Made by a program: the position numbers and the translations under genes. The notes beneath the pieces are model-generated. The model had not been told where the DNA came from. It saw only the letters and a program-made list of their open reading frames with translations, and did no database searches. A stretch of 63,765 bases of DNA, the filler included, from Reclinomonas americana ATCC 50394 (lineage: Eukaryota): NCBI GenBank assembly GCA_048213135.1. It is 9 parts of 9 records of this genome, joined end to end, with 100 filler letters (N's around TTAATTAATTAA, not from the genome) between each part and the next. Parts side by side here need not be neighbours in the genome. Positions count along the whole stretch, not along the records: positions 53,768 to 59,341 come from AFZH01022808.1; positions 59,442 to 63,765 come from AFZH01022809.1; 7 more parts are not named here. The stretch is one strand, 5' to 3'. Each line of letters starts with the position of its first letter. Positions within the stretch are counted from its first letter, which is position 1. Positions 54,266 to 63,765 of this stretch are shown piece by piece.

Positions 54266-57200
54266 TTAGTGCTTCGAGCTCGTTGACTCGACGTCGGAGT
54301 GCAGGGTGCCGTACTCGGCGCGCGTCTCTCTCGTCAGTTCGCCCTTGCCCTTGCGCACAATCAGCAAGAAGCAGCAGAGGGCGGCTGATTTTCAAGCGTT
54401 AGTGGCAGGAAATAGAAGAGGGAGGAGAAAGAGCGAAGGCGACGCAACAAATGATGGAGGCACCGGCACCGAGCAGCAGTCCGGCGTACACCTTGTTGAA
54501 CTTGGTGACCAGTGGGCCTTGTACGAGGGCCATCAGGAACTCCGGCAGCACGACAAAGATATTCAGTGTGCCTGCGCGCCAACTGTGTGTCAGCCAGCTG
54601 CAGTGCACAGACACACCCAGAACGGGAACAAGAAGGAGAGCAAAAAGTGTGAAGGACAGGAGCGGAATGCAAAATGTAACAAAGGTGAGTGAGGAGTGAG
54701 AATAAGAGTGCAAGAGACAACCGGAAACGGAGGGGATGTGGGACAAAGATGAGAGGAAAGAGGCAAAGGGATGGAGCGAGAGAGGAAAACCAGAGAGGCG
54801 TGAGTTCTCCCCTCTCACTCACTCCCTCTCTCTTCTCACAACGCACACAATCCCCGACTGCTGTACACGAACCCATGAACAGTCCGCGGTCTTGCAGCGG
54901 AGACACGCTGGCTGTCATGGCGTACGGGATGATCATGGTGACCGCCCACGGAATGCCAAAGACCGTGATCACGATGCAGGCAGCTGCACGCCAAGCATGA
55001 GTACATGCAAAGCGTCGCGAGATGCACATAGAGCACAGGAGAAAAAGTAACATGCGATGGAGTTGACCAGCGGCGTGACGCCGAGGGCCACAGCCATGCA
55101 AATCTGACCAAAGAACCACACGGCACGCTCGCCAAACTTCTTCGATGCTTTGGCGATGAGTGGCGACACGGCGAGCGAAAGGCCGGCGTAGCCAGCTAGG
55201 CCGTACTGCGCCATGCGTACACCTTCCTCGTACTTTTCCCTGGCGCTCGTGCCGGGATCGGCTTGCGGGTTGCCGCCGTTGACGTCTTGGCCCACCCAAT
55301 CCGTGATGGAGATGAGGAAGGCGAACCAGCCAATCCTTTGCGGAGAGGAGTGAGCGACGACGCGGAAGGGGAGAGAAGGAAGGGGACAGGTGCGAGAGAG
55401 ATACACACCACGAGAAGAACTGGACGAGGCAGATGCGAATCATGGCCGACGGCATGTGTCGAATGGACCGGAAAATGTCGATAAACACCTTGGCGGTGCT
55501 GCGGCAGCAGTGCGGCTTGGGGCCCGGCAACTTCTTCAGCGGCTTCTCCGATGTGGTCCACGCGGTGATGAATACGGTCACCGACAGGAAGATCACGGAA
55601 AGACCTGCGCGAGAGTCAGGAAAGAGGAAGAGAGAAGGGGAGGGAAGAAAAGGTTGACGAAACTGAATGCAAAGCGTGCACTGCCGCAGGCAGAGAGGCA
55701 CGCCGATGTGTTGAGCCACGGCATCATGGTGGACCACTTGACGGTGCCGGCCAGGTAGCCAGCCACGTTGCCGATGCCTGGGGGAGGAGGAAATGAGGGA
55801 AGGGAGAGGGAGTGCTTGAGAGGTGGTGAGTCGGCGGCACGCACCGAGGGCGACGGAGAAGAATGCGTTGCCGATCTCTTGCTGTTCTGGATGTGCCACG
55901 TCCACCAAAAGTGCACGGCACGGTCCCTGTAGCATGTTGTTGCTGCAGTCCAAGAGAGCGAAGCCGATGACCTGGATGAGGGGGAAGGGGGATGAGGGGG
56001 ATGAGGGGGGAAGGGGAAAGGGGGAAAGGGGGAAAGGGAAGGAAAGGGGGAAGGTGGGAAGAGGGAAAGAGAGAGGGAGAGGTCAAGAGGGAGGAAGAGG
56101 AGAAGATGAGAGATGAGAAGAAATCCGAAGGGAAGGAAAAGAAGGAGGAGAAGAGGGAGGAGAAGAGAGGAGAAGAGGAGAGAAGGGATAGAAGAGGAGA
56201 GAAGCGGAGAGGAAAGAGACAAGAGAATGGAGAGAAGAGAATAAATGGGGGGAGAGGAGAAGAGAGGAAAAGAGATGAGAGGAGCCGAGAAGGGATGAGA
56301 AGGAGAACAAGAAATGGGAGGAGAAGGAAAGAGAGAGGAGAGGAAAAGGGAGAAGAGGTGAGAGAAGAGAAGAGGTGCGAAGTGTACAAAAGAGAAGAAA
56401 AGATGGAGAGAGACAAGTACACAGGATTAGGTGGAGGAGTGCCAACCGACAGCGTGTGAGAGAGGATCATTGGCAACAGTGCATTGCGCTTAACAAGTAC
56501 AGGAGAGGAGGGAGAGTGGCGGTGCATCAAAGCGAAAGGCATCGGGATGATTCTTGTCATCACGAAACTGCAAGTGCCACGGCGGCTGGGTTGTTACCCT
56601 CGCCTGGCTTGTCGCCCCACGCGCGTCCAATGTCCGGAGAGTTGGGGATCAACAGCAGGGCCATGGCTGCGCAACAGTGAACAACCACGCCAGCAGCAAA
56701 CAGCGTGTTTCTCTTTCACTCCGAGCGACGCACCGACGCACATGGCTCCGACGACAATAAAAGGCCGCCGCCGACCAAACTTGCTCGTGCAGCTGTGCGG
56801 GAGATAGAGTGAGCTGGTGGTGATTGTGCGCGACAAGGCAGTTGTTCAAATCGCAACTTATCGGAGAGCACGCCGACAGTCGGTTGCACAATGAGACCTG
56901 GTGGAGTGAGGCGAGTGAGAGGGGTGAAGGGGGAGGGAGGGTACAGAGAGGACGAGAATGTCTTGACAGTGGGATCAAACGAGCAAAGGGCGGTGGAAGG
57001 ATGCAGAATGAGAGGAGCACGAAGAACTCCAGAGCAGTGACGGGTGGGAGAGGGAGGGCAGTGTGGAGAGTAACCAAGAGAGATAAGGGGAAGCGCAGAA
57101 GAGAGGAAGAGAGAGAGAGAAGCGGAGCAGTGAACAGAGTTATGAGCGTTGCCAACGAATTGTGAAGATAGCGTGGGAGACAAAGAAAACAAAGGGGAAG

Positions 57201-58227
57201 AGCAGAAGAGAGGAAGAGAGAGAAGGTGAGGAGTAAGAGAAGCAGTGACTCCAGCGAGTGCGGAAGGAGTGAGTGAGGCAGTGAACACGGTGACGAGTGT
57301 TGCCTGTGAGAAGTGAAGGAGCGAGGGAGACAGAGTGTGGAGATACCAAGAGAAGTACTCTGGGTGAACAAGGGAAAGAGCTGAGTAAGGAGTGAGAGAA
57401 GCAGTGACTCAACGCATGAAGGAAGCCAAGCGAGTACTGAAGGGGTGAGAAAGGAAGTGTGCAGAGTCCCCAAGAGCAAAGGAGCAGGGCGCAGAGATGC
57501 CAGCGATTGCTGATGATAAACGCAGAGATCACAGTGAAGGAAGCCACTGAGGAATGAGACAGAGAACAGAGTGGAGAGTGCCTGCAAGCTGCTGAGTGCT
57601 CCGAGAGTGCAGCACTGAGAAGGAGGGAGGCAGTGAAACGCATGAGTCTCTCACCTGACAGCGGTCCGACAAGCCACACCAATGTCGACATGGCCTTTGG
57701 CAGCTTGATGTCTTCTTGCAAGAAGGGCGTCATTTGACCAATCTGAAGCGCCTGTACACACAAACACAGAGAGAGAAAGAGAGAGTGAGAATGAGAAAGA
57801 GAATGAGGGAGATGCGGAGTTTTCCCACTCAATCATGAATCACATCACGAATGCACATGCGTGTCTGTGTGTGTGTGTGTGTGTCTCTGTCTGTTTGCTC
57901 TCACCCATCCAAACTGGACTCCGGCAAAGCAAATGGTGGTGAGGAAGAGTCGCCAGTTACTGACCCACTTGGGTGCCTCGTGCTCCTCCAACTCCGTGCG
58001 CCCTCCGCCACCACCACCAGTGTTGGTGCGCACTGGCTTCTCGTCGTCGGTGGTCACAGAGCCGGCCGAGAGATGGCCTGTGCACGCGCGAGAGAAGGAA
58101 GAGAGTGAGATGTCGCGACATGTGCGTTCGTTTGTTTGTTTGTGTGCGTGGAGGAGAGTGGAGACGTGCCGTCGTTGTGTGCGCCGCCGATGAGCGTGAT
58201 GCGCTCGTCGTAGTCGCCGCGGCTCAT
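54266..58227 (-). CDS. GPH-family sucrose/H+ symporter (SUT/SUC, SLC45-like), MFS
   Basis: [90 protein letters not shown]. Confidence 0.93.
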
Positions 58228-58659
58228 GTGTGCAAGAGGTGGAGGTGTGTGTGTGTGAGTCACGAGCACCCAATTTGGCAGTGTGTCGAGGGTCGTGGAA
58301 TCGCGTCGACGTCGGTGGTACATGTGACGGACGCACCCTTGCAGACGGCAGTCGAAAGTGGAGATGTCGCTGTCGGTGAACGAGGGGCAGCGTGTCTCCG
58401 AGATCTGCAGCGTCATGATCACAATTGCAAGCTGACATGCTTGTTTCACGACGCATGCGCATGCAGAGAGAGCCTTGGTGTTTGGCATGCGCCGTCGGTC
58501 CACGATGATCAGGTGCTGCACATGCTTCTGCAGAAGCGACAATGCTTGTGTTCGAATTTCAAATCGATCCGAACACTGAGAGCGCGACAACTCTCGTCCC
58601 ACAATCGAGGCCGAACACTCGCCGCGGTGCACATATGAGGGGCTCCGTACCTCAATGAC

Positions 58660-60335
58660 TTTCCTCCGAGAGAGGCATAGGTAAGCGCCTTCATCGATTC
58701 TACTCTGAAAGTATTGTCTCCGGACGGCACATTCTGAACCCCCTGGCGCTGCCGCACTCCTCTCTTTTGCTGCTTTTTTTTTTGGAACGCTGCGATGAAG
58801 ATTGCATAGTGTCACCTCGTGGTCATGGAAGCCACGACGTCTTCAGAGGCCACAGAGGTTTGTGGTGCTAATTCCGAATTCGAAACATCGGCTTCGATTG
58901 CATATGCATGCCGTCGAATTCACAATCGACTTTGCGAACATTCCCGAGTCCCGCAACCACGCACAAGCACTCTGCACTCTGCGCACATGACGTATGCAGC
59001 GTCGACTATATTACACCGAGAGAGGCATTGGTAATCGCTTTCTTCGACTCTGGTAACGTGCATGGGTGCCACTTCCTAGGAGGAGGCGCTCTGACATTTG
59101 GCGATGCCGCACTCCTCTCTTTTGCTCTTTTCCCACCATAACTCTTGGTCATTATTGGCAAGGGATTTGTGAATGTGGTGAATGAAGTTTTTTGTAGTGT
59201 GGTTTCGTACGATATCGCGAGTATTTCCTTTTTCGTCATTCGAATTCGAATTCGATTGCTTTTGCAAGTCCCACAACCAGAAAACAAGCAAGCAGCATTG
59301 CACGCAGTTAACTACACCATGCAGCACAGTAATAGGTCTGANNNNNNNNNNNNNNNNNNNNNNNNNNNNNNNNNNNNNNNNNNNNTTAATTAATTAANNN
59401 NNNNNNNNNNNNNNNNNNNNNNNNNNNNNNNNNNNNNNNNNCCGCACTCCTCTCTTTTTTCTTCTTTTGTGGTGTGGAGAGTTATAAACCTGAAATGACT
59501 CAGTTTTGCAATCGATCCTTCAACTTCAAAGCTTCGGGGCTTCGAATTCGAATTCGATTCGGTGTTTCCTTTGGGTCCCACAACTGCAGTCAAGCACCCT
59601 ACGCCGGGCACATTTTACCATCATCATACCCACTACTTTAGTTCGAGAGAGGCATTGGCAATCGCCTTCATTGAATACTGCTGTGCGTACGAGCGCCTCT
59701 TCCGGATTCTCGGATTCGGAGAGGTGCTTGTTCATCCAATGGCGCTGCCGCACTCCTCTCTTTCTTTTTGCTGCTTTTTAGGTCAAGTTTGTTGTAAACC
59801 GGACGGGTCGAGGAGACCAGCTGCAGAAAATATCGAACCCGTTTTTGCAATGACGCGATCGAATTCGAATTCGATTGGGAGTTTCTTTTGGGTCCCACAA
59901 CCGCAGTCAAGCACCCTGCACCTGGCACACTTTATCTTCATCGCACCCACTGCTTCAGTTCGAGGGAGGCATTGGCAATCGCCTTCATTGAAACACTGCA
60001 ACGCGAACACCTAATCCGATATCCTTGGATTCGGAAGGGTGCTTGGTCATCCAACGGCGCTGCCGCACTCCTCTCTCTTTTTTTTAATGCGTGTACATAT
60101 ATCTCTTTCACTCTCTCTTTGCAGCCGCAACAATTATTCACTGCCGATGAATATTTGTCCGTCCCACAATCCAACTCGAACACCCGCCGATGCGCACATT
60201 TGAGGTGCGCTGTGAACCCAGCGCTCTGCTTCGAGAAAGGCACTGGTAAGCGCTTTCATTGATTCCACAACATGACTGCAGCAACCTCGGTTGCCGCGAT
60301 CTGACCCTAGCGCTGCCGCTCTCCTTTCTTTTGCT
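58660..60335. repeat. Complex tandem array, ~250-355 bp units, at least six copies, spanning a gap
   Basis: GCTGCCGCACTCCTCTCTTT at ~58748, 59105, 59442, 59744, 60059 and variant 60312; GAGAGGCATTGG-AATCGCCTTCATTGA and TTCGAATTCGAATTCGATT recur. Confidence 0.88.
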
Positions 60336-60741
60336 TTTTTTTCTTTCGTGGTTGAACTTGGTCATCAAGGCGGCTGTTGCTTGTTTGTTGGTGAATGAAT
60401 TTGTTGTTGGCACCCGGCGAGATCCCTACGTGACGGAGTTCGCGCCTGGCAGTCGAGGCACGCTTTTCAACCACGATCAGCAAAGCTTTATACGCCGCTG
60501 CAGGTTGTGGATTCTGAGAGTTCATGATCCACCACTTGGAGATCGCGCTGCCACTTTCCCGGCAGCCCAGTACGCGATCCATGTACTTCTCATCCGTGGC
60601 AAGCGCATCCTGTATTGTGGACAAGTGCTCGCGCACCGTCGGTTTTTCAAGCGTCTTTCGAGCAAACACAACCCGATCTCTCTCCACCTCGCAACAACAC
60701 CAACACCCCGCCTCTCTCTCTCTCTCCCGTCATCTTGAATC

Positions 60742-62684
60742 ATGCGAGCCACTGTTCGTCTGTGCGGTGGTGGCGCCTCATTCAGCCGCAAGAAGACCGA
60801 GAGCAAGATCAAGGTTCATGTCACACTCCGCCGGCACGCGTCGTGCACTCTTTGCACTCACAATTCACACTGCATGTATGCACAGACACCATCGGTCTCG
60901 CTGCGGCGCTGGCTGGAGGCGCACCCTCCGATCTACGGATCACCGCACCAGCACGCGGCCGAGCTGTGTGAGCGCCTGCGACGATGTGCGCTCGGTGTGC
61001 CGGAGAGCGACACCATCTCGTGCACGTCGCCACCCGATGCCGCACCCAACACACAGGGCGTCATCAATGCGCTGAGTGAGCTCGATTGGGCGTGCCGGTG
61101 CGTGTGCACTCATCGCCTTTGCCTCTCTTTCTCTCTCTCTCTCTCTCTCTTTCTTACATACCCACGTGCAGAACACACTCGGAGGCCGCATGGACGCAAC
61201 CCATTCACCTGCTGTATCCTCTGTGTCGGGCACTGGTGGACAGCGCGGGCAAGCTGGATCCGCGATTGCAGCGGGCGATCGCCAGAATGATTCGCAAGTT
61301 GGTGCACGTGCACTGTGCGTGTGCCGAGGCGACTGAGGTGCGATCTCTGTCGGTCTCCTCCTCTCGTCTGTGTCTCTCTCTCACACACACACTCTCTCTC
61401 TTTGATAGGAGGAGAGTGGCGGTCTTCGTGATCTGCTGGACGAGGTGGCGTCGGTGTTGCCGCCTGCCGACGAGACGGTGTTCTCCACGGCCGTGCGACT
61501 GGAGATTGAGTGCGCACGAGTGGCCATGGATGCGTCGCTGTTTGCCGCGTCGCAGAAGCAGCTGGTGCAGGTGGCGCGCTGGCTGAGCACGGAGGGACCG
61601 CGGGTCGGGCCAGGGTTTGACAGCCGAGCCGTGCAGCGGGAGCTGGAGGAGGTGTGGGCCATGGTTCGCGAACGGCAAGGCGACACGTGGTACGAGGAGG
61701 TGCTGCAAGTAGAACTGCTGTCGTCGCTCGTGCTGTCGGCCACTGTGGAGGGCGAGGTCTGTGTGTGTGTGTGTGACTACTCTTTGTTTTGTCGTTGTTG
61801 TCGTTGCTTACGAATCTTCTCCCGAAAACAAGGCCGCCGAGGCGCTGACATTCTTGCAAGAGCGCGCCGGCGAGCACAACTTTGACTGGCGCGGACGCAC
61901 TGTTATCGTGCAGAACCTCCTCAAGATCATCTACCTCACTGAGTTCAAGTCAGTGGCTCTGCAGGCGTGGTCGGGACTGCACGAGGTACACATTGACCTG
62001 TTTTTCCGATATCTGCCGGATTTGGTCACTCATCACGCTCTCTCTTTCTCTCTGTCTGCACAGATGACCCATCCGGGACTGGAGCAGCTTCTGCGCATGC
62101 AGCGCGGTATTGATTCGTGGCGCACACGAGTGTGTGCCGTGGAAGCCTGCGTGATGCTGTCGTCGAGTTGCGCAACTTTTTCGCAAGATATAATCCTCTC
62201 GATCGGTTTCTCACCCGTCCTTCACAGAGAACTCGATCAAGCTCAACGTTGGCGCCGGCGTGCAAGCCGTGACCATTGGTACTCCGATCATGGAGATCCG
62301 CGAAGCGGCGGCGGCTGCACTGGAGCAGCGCGAGACTCGTGAGGAGAATCCACGAGTGCGAGCTGCGCTCGCCAGCCCACACGATTTCCTCGCCGAGTGT
62401 GCCCTCGATTGGTGGGTCGACTGGCAGCGCATTCGTCGCTCCGACGACGTACCAGCCTACTTGCAACCGTACTCGGTGCGTCCTTCTCGCTGTCGACACA
62501 CTCCTTTCCTTTCAAATCGCTGACACTCGTGCCGTTGCAGAAGCACTCGGGCGTCAAGTCCATCGCCGGCAGCATGTCGAGCGCCGGCATGCACGTGCAC
62601 GCGATCTCCGACATGGACGGCATTGCAGACAGCGCCGAGAAGACACCACCGCACGTGGACTCGGACGGTGGCATGATGGTGTAA
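60742..62684 (+). CDS. Multi-exon hypothetical alpha-helical (ARM/HEAT-like) protein; start uncertain
   Basis: In-frame exons IHLLYPLCRALVDS, VRLEIECARVAM, TWYEEVLQVELL, FDWRGRTVIVQNLLKII, SWRTRVCAVEACVML, IREAAAAALEQRETREENPRVRAAL; stop at 62684. Confidence 0.6.
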
Positions 62685-62862
62685 TCGAGACAGGAGAAAG
62701 AGAAAGAGCGAGCGAGTAAGCGTGTTAAGCAAGAGAGAGAGAGAGGGAGAAAAAGAAAGAGAGTGGAAACGCATTGTACTTTTTGAGAGAGACACGGAGA
62801 GAATGAAGTGGAAGGAGCTGTCCTGCGTCAACCAACCAATCCGTCAGACTTTGGGCGTGGCG

Positions 62863-63573
62863 ATGAGCGATCGCCGCGACTTTACACTCGACCGCTTCAG
62901 CGATGACGACGACGACGACGATGGCAGCTCACTGAGCGATCACTCTGCTCCACCACTCTCTCCACTCTTCACCTCCCAAAGCGGTAATCACCATCGATCG
63001 CGATGCTCACACTCTGCGTCTCTCTGACACCCTCTCTCTCTCTCTCACACAGGCGGTGTGCGCAACAGTCCCACACAACGCAGTCCTCTGTTGCACATGA
63101 CGCGACACACGCAACACGCGCGACACGATTCCGCGTCCTCCGCCAGCAGCGCGCTCTCCAGTCAGTTCCGCTTCGTGCACGACAGCCTCCGCTCGGCGCC
63201 CTCGTTCACCCCCGACGACATTGCGCCCACCGACACCTTTCGTCCATACGTGGCGTGTGTGGCGACTCCGCCTGCATTCTCCTCCTCCTCATCATCATCG
63301 CCGTTTGTGGTGCGCGTGCGACGACCCGACACGATCGCTGTCACGGAGACCGCAACGGGAGCTGTGCAAGAGTTTCGCGTGGCCGAGGTGTTTGCGGCTG
63401 AGGAGGGCGATGAGGGGTACCAGGTGAGTTGGGGGCAGGAGCGATGGTGACCGATGAAGGTTTGTTGATGTGAATGGGTGCGACAGACCAATGTGTATCG
63501 CTCGGTGGTCAAACCGCTGCTGCTGCAACTCTTTCGTGGACGCAACACGGCACTGGTGGTGGTCGGTGGTGAG
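62863..63573 (+). CDS. 5' part of a divergent kinesin-motor-like protein; continues beyond the window
   Basis: EFRVAEVFAAEEGDEGYQTNVYRSVVKPLLLQLFRGRNTALVVVGGE parallels kinesin FxFDxVF...QxxVY..V.PL...F.G.N.TI.AYGQ; a CCAAT motif lies ~25 nt upstream of the ATG. Confidence 0.55.
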
Positions 63574-63765
63574 GTTTGTGGTTTGGTCGCACGGACCCGC
63601 GCCTGTGATCTGTTGTGGCCCTCCATTTTCAACCATTGCGCCTGTTATCTGTGTTGTTTGTGTGCCCCCTCGCCCCTCTTCATTCGCTGCCCCATGCCGT
63701 TGCGATTGCCGTGCCCACCATTGCCCGCATTATTCATGCCTGCCCCGTGTGGTTAATTGTCTGGC

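Noticed and set aside
59236..59260. TTCGAATTCGAATTC as a heat-shock element
   Set aside because: Lacks the 2-nt spacing of nGAAnnTTCn; it is part of the array unit

Overview
Nuclear DNA of an intron-rich, GC-rich eukaryote, probably a protist; the organism cannot be named from the sequence. The window is nine contigs joined by eight nominal 100-nt N-gaps, each carrying an artificial TTAATTAATTAA linker. By hand-splicing exons I can support about 18 protein-coding genes. Recognisable ones are a FadJ/TFE-alpha-type beta-oxidation enzyme ending in PTS1 (-AKL), DMAP1/SWC4, an RBR E3 ligase, a secreted EGF + Asp-box propeller protein, an HU/IHF-like protein, ATP synthase subunit d, INO1, the 3' end of a GH13-like amylase, a SprT-like HEXXH protease, HPS1, an ABHD4/5-like hydrolase, MED23, a SUT/SLC45 sugar symporter and a divergent kinesin-like gene. 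The rest are hypothetical. No tRNA, rRNA, CRISPR array or intact transposon was seen. Most notable: (1) a spliced gene for a bacterial-type HU/IHF histone-like domain behind an extension with NLS-like motifs; (2) GTTGCG recurring as a 5' splice site; (3) same-strand gene pairs only 5 and 13 nt apart, suggesting bicistronic mRNAs; (4) long introns containing degenerate tandem 'echoes' of the adjacent exon ends, with a recent duplication at the SprT gene 3' end; (5) two complex tandem arrays in the largest intergenic regions. All gene models and family calls are manual inferences, made without database searches.
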